NCBI GenBank assembly: GCA_026391525.1
Contig: JAPLEF010000011.1
Location: 1,527 to 65,526 of the forward strand
Length of the DNA stretch: 64,000 nucleotides
Direction: 5' to 3'
Source: Sphingobacteriales bacterium
GTDB lineage: Bacteria > Bacteroidota > Bacteroidia > Chitinophagales > Chitinophagaceae
The position numbers and the translations under genes were made by a program. The notes under the pieces were generated by a model. It saw nothing but the letters and a program-made list of their open reading frames with translations, was not told where the DNA came from and searched no databases. This document shows positions 49,969-60,227 of this stretch, piece by piece; position 1 is the stretch's first letter, and the number at the start of each line of letters is the position of its first letter.

Positions 49969-51624
49969 ATGTTAACGAAGCTTTATATCAGTAATTATGC
50001 CATCATCGATGAATTGCAGGTTGATTTTGAGCAGGGGTTGAATATCATCACCGGTGAAACGGGTGCGGGTAAAAGTATCCTCATGGGTGCACTGGGCCTG
50101 ATACTTGGCGACCGTGCCGACAGCAGCATAGTGAAGGGAAATGATTTAAAATGTGTAGTGGAAGGTTATTTCAAAATGGAACCTAATGCTGCTATCCAAA
50201 CCTTTTTTCATGATAACGATCTTGATGAAGAACCTCTGATTGTGATTCGCAGAGAAGTTACCCCAAATGGTAAAACCAGAAGTTTCATCAATGATACTCC
50301 GGTGGCACTAAGCCAGGTGAAAGCTTTGGGACTGTTACTCGTTGACTTACATCAGCAATTTGATACCCTTGAAATCAATACCGGGAATTTTCAACGGGAA
50401 GTGCTGGATGCTTTTGCCGGTAACACGGCCGATCAACTGAAATTGCGTAACCAGTTTGAGCAATTCACCATCAGGAATAAAAAGCTGGAACAGCTCATCG
50501 CTGCTGAACAGGCAGCTAATAAAGAGAAAGATTATCTGCAGTTTTTGCTTCAGGAATTAGAAGAGCTGGCGTTGCAAGAAGATGAGATGGAATCGTTAGA
50601 ATCGGAAATACAACTGTTGCAAAATGCAGAACAAATCAAAGAGCAGTTGAATAGTTTGTTGATGGAGCTGAAAGACGGAGAACAACCTTTAGTTGCCCAA
50701 ATGAAATCTATCACCAACCGGAGTAAATCGCTGGCCGTTTACCAAACAGATATGGCAGATTTGTTTTCCCGATTGCAGGCAGCAACCATAGAAATTAATG
50801 ATATTGCTGATGAGGTGGAAAAAATTGCAGACAAAGTTCATCACGATCCGGAAAGAATTTCTATAGTGAACGATCGTTTATCGGCAGGTTATACCCTTTA
50901 CAAAAAGCATAGTGTAAATAGTACTTTACAATTGAAGGTATTGCAACGAGAATTGCAGCAGAAATTGGAGGAGCATCAATCTATTTCTGACGGAAAAGTA
51001 ATCCTTGAAAAAGAAGTGGCCGAATGGAATGCTGAGTGCATGATTACAGCATCACAATTGACAGAGCGCAGGAAAAAATTTGCTCCGGCATTTTCTCAAC
51101 AGGTAAACCATTTGCTTTCCAGGGTAGGTATGCCCAATGCAGTGTTGCAGGTTAATATCAAACCGACAGCATTAAGTTCATCCGGCATTGATGAGATATC
51201 ATTTCTGTTTGATGCCAATAAAAGTAACCAATTTGAACCGCTTTCTAAAGTGGCAAGTGGTGGTGAGCTGAGCCGATTGATGCTAAGTATGAAATCACTG
51301 GTAGCCCAAAAACTTCAGCTGCCTACATTGATTTTTGATGAGATTGATACGGGCATCAGTGGCGAAGCAGCGAGGCAGGTAGGGCAGATCATGAAAGAGC
51401 TTGCCCTCAATCATCAGTTGGTTGCTATCACTCATCAGCCGCAAATTGCTGCCAGAGCTGATGCCCATTTTTTTGTGTATAAAGATATCAGGGCAGATAA
51501 GATAGTCACCCGCATTAAACGTTTGGAACAGGATGAAAAAATTTTAGCAATCGCTCAAATGCTGAGTGGCGAGAAACCTACAGCTGCCGCTATGAAGAAT
51601 GCACAGGAAATGGTTGGCAATTAA
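49969..51624 (+). CDS. recN: DNA repair protein RecN (start reassigned to 49969)
   Basis: MLTKLYISNYAIID, TGETGAGKS, SGGELSR, IFDEIDTG, ITHQPQIAA. Confidence 0.96.
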   Translation: MLTKLYISNYAIIDELQVDFEQGLNIITGETGAGKSILMGALGLILGDRADSSIVKGNDLKCVVEGYFKMEPNAAIQTFFHDNDLDEEPLIVIRREVTPNGKTRSFINDTPVALSQVKALGLLLVDLHQQFDTLEINTGNFQREVLDAFAGNTADQLKLRNQFEQFTIRNKKLEQLIAAEQAANKEKDYLQFLLQELEELALQEDEMESLESEIQLLQNAEQIKEQLNSLLMELKDGEQPLVAQMKSITNRSKSLAVYQTDMADLFSRLQAATIEINDIADEVEKIADKVHHDPERISIVNDRLSAGYTLYKKHSVNSTLQLKVLQRELQQKLEEHQSISDGKVILEKEVAEWNAECMITASQLTERRKKFAPAFSQQVNHLLSRVGMPNAVLQVNIKPTALSSSGIDEISFLFDANKSNQFEPLSKVASGGELSRLMLSMKSLVAQKLQLPTLIFDEIDTGISGEAARQVGQIMKELALNHQLVAITHQPQIAARADAHFFVYKDIRADKIVTRIKRLEQDEKILAIAQMLSGEKPTAAAMKNAQEMVGN

Positions 51625-51642
51625 AAAAGGAAATTTAGGTTT

Positions 51643-51840
51643 ATGAAGATTTTCCTCATTGTTTTATTAATTGCCGCTTTGGCATTCGGTTCTCATAAAC
51701 TCATAAGAAGGTTGATTGATCCAAAGCAATCTGCCGCTCATCTTTTTCTTTATTTTCTGGCCCATTTTCTGGCCATTTTTTTATGTTCTTTTCTGGTGAA
51801 TTATGTGATCCTTCGATTTTCGGGTGTACTGTTTCGTTGA
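51643..51840 (+). CDS. Small two-TM hypothetical membrane protein
   Basis: 65 aa, two hydrophobic segments, fills the recN-fabI gap on the same strand. Confidence 0.55.
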   Translation: MKIFLIVLLIAALAFGSHKLIRRLIDPKQSAAHLFLYFLAHFLAIFLCSFLVNYVILRFSGVLFR

Positions 51841-51872
51841 TAAAGTTTATTTTTACTCCTAAACCGATTAAT

Positions 51873-52685
51873 ATGAGCCATCAGCTGCTAAAGGGAAAAA
51901 AGGGAATTATATTTGGCGCCCTCGATGAAAAATCAATTGCATGGATCACCGCCATCCGTTGCTTTGAAGAAGGCGCTGAGCTCTTGCTCACCAACGCTCC
52001 GGTTGCGATGCGCATGGGCGAAATCAACAAGCTGGCAGAAAAGGTATCAGCTCCGGTTGTGCCCTGCGATGTAAGTAATGCAGCAGATGTTGAACAGTTG
52101 ATTGATAAAGCCCTTGAACACTTTAATGGTGGTTTTGATTTCATCCTGCACTCTATCGGAATGAGTGTAAATGTGCGTAAAGGGAAACATTATACTGAAA
52201 TAGATTATCCTAATAATCAAAAGACGTTGGATATTTCTTCCATGAGCCTTCACCGGGTACTCGCAACCTGCATGAAAAAAAATGCAATCAACGAATGGGG
52301 AAGTGTGGTGGCGCTAACTTATATCGCTGCACAGCGTGTGTTTCCCGATTACAATGAAATGGCAGATGCAAAGGCCTTGCTTGAAAGTGTCGCCCGCAGT
52401 TTTGGTTATCATTATGGAGTGAACAAACAGGTTCGGATTAACACCGTTTCCCAATCTCCAACACGCACCACAGCAGGCAGCGGGGTAAAAGGGTTTGACG
52501 GTTTCATCAGCTATGCCGAAAAAATGAGTCCCCTCGGAAATGCCAGTGCACAAGATTGCGCCAACTATTGTGTTACCCTTTTCAGCGATTATACCCGGAT
52601 GGTAACCATGCAAAACCTGTTTCACGACGGAGGATTTTCTTTCACGGGAGTTACCCAGGCTGTAATTGAACAGATGGAAAAATAG
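51873..52685 (+). CDS. fabI: Enoyl-ACP reductase
   Basis: KGKKGIIFGALDEKSIAW, YNEMADAKALLES, VTMQNLFHDGGFS (Bacteroidota FabI type). Confidence 0.88.
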   Translation: MSHQLLKGKKGIIFGALDEKSIAWITAIRCFEEGAELLLTNAPVAMRMGEINKLAEKVSAPVVPCDVSNAADVEQLIDKALEHFNGGFDFILHSIGMSVNVRKGKHYTEIDYPNNQKTLDISSMSLHRVLATCMKKNAINEWGSVVALTYIAAQRVFPDYNEMADAKALLESVARSFGYHYGVNKQVRINTVSQSPTRTTAGSGVKGFDGFISYAEKMSPLGNASAQDCANYCVTLFSDYTRMVTMQNLFHDGGFSFTGVTQAVIEQMEK

Positions 52686-52703
52686 CGTATTAATTTTTGT
52701 AAT

Positions 52704-52976
52704 ATGGATTGGACGGAATTCATCGGGCATCTGGGATCAGCACTAAGCAGTGTAACGTTTATGCCTCAGGTTTATCAAACCTGGAAAACGAAAAGTGTAA
52801 AGGATCTCAATCTTACCATGATGCTTATCGTATTTATAAGCACACTTATTTGGATCGCTTATGGCATTGGCAGGGGATTATTGCCAGTGATTATTTGTAA
52901 TTCAATCATAGCCGTCTTATCATTGGTGCTGATCTTTTTTAAATTCAGGTACGGCGCCAAAAAAGAAGTGATATAA
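52704..52976 (+). CDS. SemiSWEET/PQ-loop family transporter
   Basis: FMPQVYQTWKTKSVKDL, three TM helices. Confidence 0.88.
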   Translation: MDWTEFIGHLGSALSSVTFMPQVYQTWKTKSVKDLNLTMMLIVFISTLIWIAYGIGRGLLPVIICNSIIAVLSLVLIFFKFRYGAKKEVI

Positions 52977-53006
52977 AAAAAACCGCCCGGAAAACAGGCG
53001 GTTAAT
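52975..53006. terminator. Terminator between convergent genes
   Basis: A-run plus aaccgcc ... ggcggtt. Confidence 0.7.
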
Positions 53007-53032
53007 AATATTAATTACAGCGGGTTGAAATA

Positions 53033-53254
53033 TCAATACTCATCTTCATTGAAGAAGAAATCTTCCTGGCTGGGATAATCGGGCCAGATATCATCAAGGC
53101 CTTCATAAATTTCTCCTTCGTCTTCCAGTTCCTGGAGGTTTTCAATCACTTCTAAAGGAGCACCACTACGGATACTATAGTCAATCAGTTCGTCTTTTGT
53201 GGCCGGCCATGGAGCGTCTTCGAGGTGAGAGGCTAATTCTAGTGTCCAAAACAT
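53033..53254 (-). CDS. DUF2795 family protein
   Basis: MFWTLELASHLEDAPWPATKDELIDYSIRSGAP...WPDYP. Confidence 0.9.
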   Translation of the reverse strand: MFWTLELASHLEDAPWPATKDELIDYSIRSGAPLEVIENLQELEDEGEIYEGLDDIWPDYPSQEDFFFNEDEY

Positions 53255-53279
53255 TTTAGGTAGATGGGTTTATTTTTTG

Positions 53280-53287
53280 CAAATGTA
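53280..53287 (-). promoter_or_regulatory. -7 box upstream of the DUF2795 gene
   Basis: TACATTTG on the minus strand. Confidence 0.55.
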
Positions 53288-53382
53288 GAGGTTACTGTGA
53301 AATAACCAAAAGTGTTTTACTAACGGAATCTTAAAGTGGATATTATTCATCGTTCATTGTAATAAAAAACTAATTTTAGGTT

Positions 53383-54039
53383 ATGTTAATAGCCAAATCG
53401 GTTGAGAAAAAATATGGCAACCTTCAAGTACTCAAGGGTGTGGATATTGAGGTTTCTAAAGGGGAAATTGTAAGCATTGTAGGCTCTTCCGGTGCAGGGA
53501 AAAGTACTTTTTTACATATACTGGGCACGCTCGATAAAGCGGATAAAGGTGAAATAACACTTAACAACCAACGGGTTGATCGTTTGAAAGGAAAATCTCT
53601 TTCCAGTTTCCGAAATAAGCATATCGGATTTATTTTTCAGTTTCATCACTTGTTGCCCGAATTCACAGCGATTGAAAATGTGTGTATCCCGGGTTGGATT
53701 GCCGGAAATAAAAAAAAGGAAGTTGAGGCGAGGGCAGGGGAATGGTTATCGATACTTGGTCTTGCCAACCGCCTTAATCATAAACCCGCAGCGCTTTCTG
53801 GTGGCGAACAGCAAAGGGTGGCCGTAGCCCGTGCATTGATCAACAAGCCTTCCATTATTATGGCTGATGAACCTACCGGAAATCTTGATTCTGAAAATGC
53901 ACAGGATCTTCAACAATTATTCATCCGGCTTCGGGATGAATTTCAACAGAGTTTCCTCATTGTAACACACAATAGTGAACTTGCCCGAATGGGTAACCGG
54001 GTATTGCATATGAAAGATGGGCTAATGATGGCTCAATAA
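53383..54039 (+). CDS. ABC transporter ATP-binding protein, LolD-like
   Basis: [40 protein letters not shown]. Confidence 0.9.
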   Translation: MLIAKSVEKKYGNLQVLKGVDIEVSKGEIVSIVGSSGAGKSTFLHILGTLDKADKGEITLNNQRVDRLKGKSLSSFRNKHIGFIFQFHHLLPEFTAIENVCIPGWIAGNKKKEVEARAGEWLSILGLANRLNHKPAALSGGEQQRVAVARALINKPSIIMADEPTGNLDSENAQDLQQLFIRLRDEFQQSFLIVTHNSELARMGNRVLHMKDGLMMAQ

Positions 54040-54063
54040 TTTTGTAATAACCCCGATGCTATT

Positions 54064-56133
54064 TTATTCTGCTAAAAGCCTTTCGATGCGGAGTCTTAAT
54101 TTTTCCGCATTGGGTAACATGGCCTGTTCCAGCAACATATTCATCGGTACAGCGGGCAGGTCGAGGGCACCTAAAACTTCCACCGGTGCATCAAGATGCC
54201 TGAAACAAGCCTTCGAAATCCTTCCGGCCAATGCTTCTGCAAAGGAATTGGTTTGTTGTTCTTCGGTAAGCAGCAAACATTTACCATGCCTTTTTACGGT
54301 TTCAAAAACCAGGGTTTCATCTAAAGGATATAAACTGCGTAAATCAATGATCTCTATTTGTTCGTCGAAATGTTTTGAGGCGGCTTGTGCCCAATAAACA
54401 CCCATTCCATAGCTAATAACACAGCAACTTGAACCAAGCTCTATAGCATCTTGAGAGGCTTCCTGTACAATCCTTCCTTTACCAAGTGGAATAATATAGC
54501 CGCGATCGGGTTCGATGGTTTTGGCCTCTTCCGTTCCGGGAACCTTGCTCCAGTAAAGGCCTTTATGTTCGAGCATCACAACAGGATTGGGGTCGAGGAA
54601 AGCCGCTTTCATTAAGCCTTTCATATCGGCAGCATTAGAAGGGTAAATCACTTTGATGCCCTTTATGGTAAGCAAAGTGCTTTCAACACTTCCACTATGA
54701 TAAGGCCCGCCTCCGCCATAAGCTCCGATGGGCACCCTGATGAGGGTTTGTATCGGGAATTTTCCGCAGCTCAGGTAACAGCTTTTTGAAATCTCTGTAA
54801 CCAGTTGGTTGAATCCGGGGTAGATATAATCTGCAAACTGTACTTCAACGATGGGCTTTAATCCTACAGCAGCCATTCCAACGGTGCTTCCAATAATATA
54901 TGCTTCCTGGATGGCTGTATTGAATACCCTGTGATCGCCAAATTGCTCTGCCAGGGTTGCCGCTTCGCGAAACACACCTCCTAGCCTGCGGCCCACATCC
55001 TGGCCGTATAACAAGGCTTCAGGATAAGCTTCCATGATTTCCCGGATGGCGAATAATGCCGCATCCACCATCATTATTTTTTCTTTTCCTGCAGGGCATC
55101 GCTCTCCTTTTTCAATGGTAATTGGAGTGTCTGCAAAAACATGATTGGTTACAGTAGTGGCATCAGGCTCAGCTGAACTTGATGCCTGGCGAAACGCTTC
55201 CTGTATGGCGGTATTTTCTTGTAGATAGATTTCTTCCAGCGTTTCTTTGCTGATTCCTTTTTCTATAAGCTGATTGAACAATAAAGTACCCGGATCTAAC
55301 TTCTCCGCTTCAGCTAGTTCAGCAGCTTCGCGATAAAAGTCTTTCCGAACTCCGCTGGTATGGTGTCCAAGTAAGGGTACTTTTGCATGAACAAGCCATG
55401 GATGCCGGTTTCGTCTTACATCTGCTATTACTTTTCCCATATGGGTATAACAGGATTCGAAGTTGCTACCGTTGAGGCTTAAACGCTGAATACCGGTAAA
55501 GCCGGCAATAAAATCATAGGCATTGGCCGTTCGGGCTTCAGATGCTGTGACACTGATGCCCCAATTGTTGTCCTGTACCAGAAAAATGATGGGCAGCTGA
55601 TGTAGCGCAGCAAATTGAAAAGCTTCACTCACTTCCCCTTCGGTTACAGAGGCATCTCCAAGTGAGCAAATCACAACCGGGTGTTCCCCATTTTGAGAAA
55701 GGATAAGTTTATCGGACTTTATTTTCTCCAGGTATTTTATCCCTTGTGCAATGCCGGTTGTAGGTATGGCCTGCATTCCGGTAGCACTGCTCTGATGGAT
55801 AATGGTAGGTTTTCCTTCGCCTCTAAAATTGGGATGATTGTAATATTCGCGGCCTCCTGTGAAGGGATCATCCGCTTTGGCCAGCAATTGCAACATAAGG
55901 TCGGTGGGCTTGAAACCCAGTCCGAGCATGATGCTTTCATCCCGATAATAAGGACTTACAAAATCACAGGGCAATAAATGATAGGCTGTGGCAAGTTGAA
56001 TGGCTTCATGCCCTCTTGAGGTACTATGCACATATTTACAAATGCTGCGATTGGCTTCATAAGTTTCAGCCATGGCCCTTGCGGTACACATCTGCCTGTA
56101 GGCCTGAATAAGAATTTCAGTAGAAACTGACAT
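54064..56133 (-). CDS. Fused E1 alpha/beta 2-oxoacid (likely branched-chain) dehydrogenase
   Basis: TSRGHEAIQL, GDASVTEG...QDN ThDP motif, GQDVG, FADYIYPG, GPYHSGS. Confidence 0.92.
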   Translation of the reverse strand: MSVSTEILIQAYRQMCTARAMAETYEANRSICKYVHSTSRGHEAIQLATAYHLLPCDFVSPYYRDESIMLGLGFKPTDLMLQLLAKADDPFTGGREYYNHPNFRGEGKPTIIHQSSATGMQAIPTTGIAQGIKYLEKIKSDKLILSQNGEHPVVICSLGDASVTEGEVSEAFQFAALHQLPIIFLVQDNNWGISVTASEARTANAYDFIAGFTGIQRLSLNGSNFESCYTHMGKVIADVRRNRHPWLVHAKVPLLGHHTSGVRKDFYREAAELAEAEKLDPGTLLFNQLIEKGISKETLEEIYLQENTAIQEAFRQASSSAEPDATTVTNHVFADTPITIEKGERCPAGKEKIMMVDAALFAIREIMEAYPEALLYGQDVGRRLGGVFREAATLAEQFGDHRVFNTAIQEAYIIGSTVGMAAVGLKPIVEVQFADYIYPGFNQLVTEISKSCYLSCGKFPIQTLIRVPIGAYGGGGPYHSGSVESTLLTIKGIKVIYPSNAADMKGLMKAAFLDPNPVVMLEHKGLYWSKVPGTEEAKTIEPDRGYIIPLGKGRIVQEASQDAIELGSSCCVISYGMGVYWAQAASKHFDEQIEIIDLRSLYPLDETLVFETVKRHGKCLLLTEEQQTNSFAEALAGRISKACFRHLDAPVEVLGALDLPAVPMNMLLEQAMLPNAEKLRLRIERLLAE

Positions 56134-56230
56134 AAAAATTGATGAAATGGCAGCATGGCTAAAATTACAGCTGCTGAATATTTTTGGTATTTGATGCGAA
56201 GAACTGTTTTATTATCGGTTTGATTCCCGG

Positions 56231-57568
56231 TTATTTTAATGTGAATGTTTCCAGGAATTTGGTGGTGAAATTTCCTTTCCTAAAATCTTCATTTTTCATC
56301 AGTTGCAGATGGAAGGGAATGGTTGTTTTAACGCCTTCAATAACATATTCACTGAGTGCCCGGTGCATGGTATCAATGGCTTCGTCGCGGGTTTGGGCAA
56401 CGGCAATTAGTTTGGCAATCATACTATCGTAATAGGGCGGAATCACATAACCGGCATAAACATGGCTATCAACCCTAACTCCATGACCACCCGGTGTGTG
56501 CAATACGGTAATTTTTCCCGGACTGGGCCTGAAATCATTATAAGGATCTTCTGCATTGATGCGGCATTCTATAGCGTGCATCTGTGGGAAATATTCTTTT
56601 CCAACAATCTTTTCTCCGGCGGCAATTTTTATCTGTTCTTTGATCAGGTCGTAATTGATCACTTCTTCGGTTACACAATGTTCTACCTGTATCCGGGTAT
56701 TCATTTCCATGAAATAGAAATTGCGGTGCTTGTCTACCAGAAACTCGATGGTACCCACACTTTCATAATTGATGGCCTGTGCAGCTTTGATGGCCGCATC
56801 GCCCATACGCTGGCGCAATTCATCTGTCATGAACGGGGATGGAGATTCTTCTACCAGTTTTTGGTGGCGGCGTTGAATGGAACAATCTCTTTCGCTGAGG
56901 TGACAAATATTGCCATATTGGTCACCGGCAATCTGTATTTCGATATGACGTGGCTCTTCTACAAATTTTTCCATGTAGATGCCATCGTTTTTAAAAGAAG
57001 CAGCAGCTTCTGTTTTGGCATTTTCGAAAGCTTTTTCAATATCAGCTTCCTGTGAAACAACCCGCATTCCTTTTCCTCCTCCACCGGCGGTGGCTTTCAG
57101 GATAACCGGGTAACCGATTTCTGAGGCTGAACGAATGGCATGGGCAACGTCCTGCAACAACCCTTCAACACCGGGTACTACAGGCACGCCAGCTTTGATC
57201 ATCGTTTCTTTTGCGGTAACCTTATCGCCCATTGCATTGATCATATCAGGGGTAGGCCCTATAAATTTTATGCCATGATCGGAACAAATCTTAGCGAACT
57301 TGCTGTTTTCAGCAAGAAATCCGTAACCCGGATGAATGGCATCTGCATTGGTAATTTCGGCTGCTGCCATGATATGTGCCATATTCAGGTAACTGTCGGC
57401 ACTGGCAGGTTTCCCGATACAAACAGCTTCATCTGCAAATTTTACATGCAAACTATCTTTATCGGCGGTAGAATAAACGGCTACAGTTTTAATGCCCATT
57501 TCGCGGCAGGTTCTTATTACACGCAGGGCAATTTCACCTCGGTTGGCTATAAGTATTTTCTTAAACAT
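56231..57568 (-). CDS. accC: Biotin carboxylase
   Basis: [52 protein letters not shown]. Confidence 0.97.
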   Translation of the reverse strand: MFKKILIANRGEIALRVIRTCREMGIKTVAVYSTADKDSLHVKFADEAVCIGKPASADSYLNMAHIMAAAEITNADAIHPGYGFLAENSKFAKICSDHGIKFIGPTPDMINAMGDKVTAKETMIKAGVPVVPGVEGLLQDVAHAIRSASEIGYPVILKATAGGGGKGMRVVSQEADIEKAFENAKTEAAASFKNDGIYMEKFVEEPRHIEIQIAGDQYGNICHLSERDCSIQRRHQKLVEESPSPFMTDELRQRMGDAAIKAAQAINYESVGTIEFLVDKHRNFYFMEMNTRIQVEHCVTEEVINYDLIKEQIKIAAGEKIVGKEYFPQMHAIECRINAEDPYNDFRPSPGKITVLHTPGGHGVRVDSHVYAGYVIPPYYDSMIAKLIAVAQTRDEAIDTMHRALSEYVIEGVKTTIPFHLQLMKNEDFRKGNFTTKFLETFTLK

Positions 57569-57636
57569 GCGCTTGATTTGTACTTAAAAAAGACGGTAAA
57601 ATCTTTTTTGTTGATATTGTTTTGAAGCAAAAAAAA

Positions 57637-58119
57637 CTAACTGGGGTCAACTAAAAACAGGGGTTGATCGTATTCAACCGGACTAGCATCTTCCACCAGT
57701 ACTTTTACAATCTTACCCGTTATTTCGCTTTCAATTTCATTGAAGAGTTTCATCGCTTCAATAATACAAACCACTTTTCCGGGTGTTACTTCATCGTCAA
57801 CATTGATGAAAATTGGTTTTCCCGGACCTGCCTGACGGTAAAATGTACCGATCATTGGGCTTTTTATGGTTATCAGGTTATCAGCTTTCGGGCTTTCTGC
57901 TTTTGGTGTTGGAGGAGGTGCAGTAACAGCAGTAGTAGCAGCCGGGGCCATACTTGGTGCTGATTGGGGATAGGTTTGGGTATTAGTGGTTACAATATGC
58001 TGGGCGGGATCTTTTTTCTGTTTGATGGTTATTTTTCTTCCATCTTCTTCAATGGTAATTTCTCCGATAGAGGTTTTGTTGATGAGTTTAACCAATTCCT
58101 GAATTTGCTTGATGTCCAT
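57637..58119 (-). CDS. accB: Biotin carboxyl carrier protein
   Basis: SPMIGTFY, IEAMKLFNEI. Confidence 0.97.
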   Translation of the reverse strand: MDIKQIQELVKLINKTSIGEITIEEDGRKITIKQKKDPAQHIVTTNTQTYPQSAPSMAPAATTAVTAPPPTPKAESPKADNLITIKSPMIGTFYRQAGPGKPIFINVDDEVTPGKVVCIIEAMKLFNEIESEITGKIVKVLVEDASPVEYDQPLFLVDPS

Positions 58120-58283
58120 GTTTTAAAATTGATGATGAATGGATAAATTGGAAACGGGCTGCTAAGATAGGGAATGATTATTCATACCGTTTAGAAATGT
58201 GACTAAATTGGGCCGTTTCGCCCGAAAATCAGTCCAATTTGAGGAAAAATGCTGAAAAAGGGGTTGTTTTTCTTGATAAAAGG

Positions 58284-58309
58284 AAAAAATAAAGCCGGAT
58301 TAATCCGGC
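58284..58309 (-). terminator. Probable terminator after efp
   Basis: Palindrome gccggattaatccggc next to an A-run on +. Confidence 0.6.
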
Positions 58310-58334
58310 CCCTTGTATCATTTAAAATGAAAGA

Positions 58335-58898
58335 TTATTTCACTCTTTCTACGTATTCGCCCGTTTTGCTATTGATCCGGATCAACTCTCCTTCATTTAC
58401 AAATAAAGGCACATTTACGGTAGCACCTGTTTCCACGGTAGCAGGTTTTAGGGTACGCGTAGCAGTGTCGCCCTTCATACCAGGCTCGCTATAGGTAACC
58501 AGCAGTACAATTTTATCGGGTAATTCAACTCCCATTGGTTGGTCGGTTTCGCCATTGATCAAAACGGAAACTTCCTGCCCATCTTTTAAAAATGCGGGTG
58601 CGTCAATCATGGTTTCAGCAACGGTGATCTGTTCAAATGTTTCATTATCCATGAAACTGTATCCGGTATCATCTTTATACAGATATTGGTAAGTTTTCCT
58701 TTCTACCCTTACCGGGAAAATGGTTTCGCCACTGTTCCAGGTTACTTCAATGGTACGGCTGTTGTCTACCCCTTTCAATTTAGCCCAAACCTTTGCCGCT
58801 GCCCGGGCTGTTTTGTTTTGTCCGAATTCAATAACACTGTATAAACTGTTGTCGATTTTGAGAATCAACCCTGAACGCATATCTGCTGTAGTTGCCAT
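58335..58898 (-). CDS. efp: Elongation factor P with atypical loop KTARAAAK (Arg32)
   Basis: YQYLYKD, FMDNETFEQ, SEPGMKGDT, KPATVETG, VPLFVNEGE; upstream of accB. Confidence 0.93.
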   Translation of the reverse strand: MATTADMRSGLILKIDNSLYSVIEFGQNKTARAAAKVWAKLKGVDNSRTIEVTWNSGETIFPVRVERKTYQYLYKDDTGYSFMDNETFEQITVAETMIDAPAFLKDGQEVSVLINGETDQPMGVELPDKIVLLVTYSEPGMKGDTATRTLKPATVETGATVNVPLFVNEGELIRINSKTGEYVERVK

Positions 58899-58928
58899 AA
58901 AAAATGATTGTACTGTTTAAGTTCGAAG

Positions 58929-58936
58929 CAAAAGTA
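58929..58936 (-). promoter_or_regulatory. -7 box upstream of efp
   Basis: TACTTTTG on the minus strand. Confidence 0.6.
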
Positions 58937-59131
58937 GCAAACCTGAGCTAAATGCCGAAAATAAGGTTCAAAACAATTCGCATGATACTCTTCTTTCAAG
59001 TAAACATCAATGAGGCCTATTATAATTGAAACAAAAGATTTTGTTGACAAATGAAAACACAAGTAAAATAAACACTTTCAAAAAACATCAAATTAATTCT
59101 GAAACACATGATTCAATAAGGCTATTCCGGT

Positions 59132-59139
59132 TAACTTTG
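59132..59139 (+). promoter_or_regulatory. -7 box upstream of mdh
   Basis: TAACTTTG exact match. Confidence 0.6.
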
Positions 59140-59177
59140 CGCGCGTAATATAATTTTTCCAACGATAAAATATTTAT

Positions 59178-60113
59178 ATGAAAGTTACTGTAGTAGGCGC
59201 CGGGGCTGTAGGAGCAACCTGTGCCGACAATATCGCCCGCAGAGAAATTTGCGACGAACTGGTTTTATTAGACATCAAAGAAGGGGTTGCTGAAGGCAAA
59301 GCGATGGACCTTATGCAAACTGCACAATTAGAAGGTTTTGATACCCGTATCACCGGCAGCACCAATGATTATTCTAAAACTGCTGGCAGTACGGTTGCCG
59401 TGATCACTTCCGGTATACCCCGTAAACCCGGAATGACTCGTGAAGAATTGATTGGTATCAATGCCGGTATTGTAAAAACAGTAACTGAAAACCTCTTGAA
59501 ACATTCACCTGAAGTGATTATTGTGGTGATCAGTAATCCGATGGACACGATGACTTATCTCGCACTCAAATCGAGTGGTATTCCTAAAAACCGGATTATC
59601 GGAATGGGGGGTATTCTGGATAGTGCCCGTTTCCGTTTCTACCTCAGCCAGGCATTGCATTGTTCTCCAAATGATTTACAGGCTACTGTTGTGGGTGGCC
59701 ATGGAGATACAACCATGATTCCTTTAACCCGCCTGGCCACTTATTGCGGAACACCGGTTAGCCAGCACCTTGATGAAGCCCGTTTGAAAAAAGTGGCTGC
59801 CGATACGATGGTAGGTGGAGCTACTTTAACAGGTTTACTGGGTACTTCTGCATGGTACGCTCCCGGATCAGCCGGTGCCACACTGGTTGAAGCGATTATT
59901 CGGGATGAGAAAAAGTTGATGCCCTGCTGTGTTTATCATGAAGGAGAATATGGTTTGAGTGATATATGTATTGGGGTGCCTGTAATTATCGGGCGTAATG
60001 GCTGGGAGAAAATTGTTGATTTTCAATTAGATGAAACAGAAAAAGCGGCATTGGTAAAAAGTGCGGATGCCGTAAATAGCATGAACAGCGTTTTAAGTAC
60101 ATTAAGTATTTAA
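59178..60113 (+). CDS. mdh: Malate dehydrogenase (LDH-like)
   Basis: VVGAGAVG, ITSGIPRKPGMTREEL, SNPMD, LDSARF, GGHGD. Confidence 0.95.
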   Translation: MKVTVVGAGAVGATCADNIARREICDELVLLDIKEGVAEGKAMDLMQTAQLEGFDTRITGSTNDYSKTAGSTVAVITSGIPRKPGMTREELIGINAGIVKTVTENLLKHSPEVIIVVISNPMDTMTYLALKSSGIPKNRIIGMGGILDSARFRFYLSQALHCSPNDLQATVVGGHGDTTMIPLTRLATYCGTPVSQHLDEARLKKVAADTMVGGATLTGLLGTSAWYAPGSAGATLVEAIIRDEKKLMPCCVYHEGEYGLSDICIGVPVIIGRNGWEKIVDFQLDETEKAALVKSADAVNSMNSVLSTLSI

Positions 60114-60140
60114 ATCATTTCAATATTATTAATTGGATAG

Positions 60141-60166
60141 AAAGCCGGGCATTTGTCCGGCTTTTT
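60141..60166 (+). terminator. Intrinsic terminator after mdh
   Basis: aaagccgggc-attt-gtccggcttt followed by a T-run. Confidence 0.75.
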
Positions 60167-60227
60167 GGTTGTTTTTGATTTTTTTTGTAACTTTAGAGCC
60201 CCCTTATTTTATTTTCAAGTTTTTACT

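Noticed and set aside
8844-49969. Both element copies lie in or beside genes linked to nucleic-acid processing (smr, recN), suggesting targeting
   Set aside because: Two sites are too few; chance insertion into AT-rich sequence explains it equally well
54064-56133. Fused E1 alpha/beta dehydrogenase as a novelty
   Set aside because: This fusion is common and well known in Bacteroidota
58899-59177. efp-mdh intergenic region as a possible ncRNA
   Set aside because: It holds two divergent -7 boxes, is AT-rich, and shows no convincing stable structure or terminator
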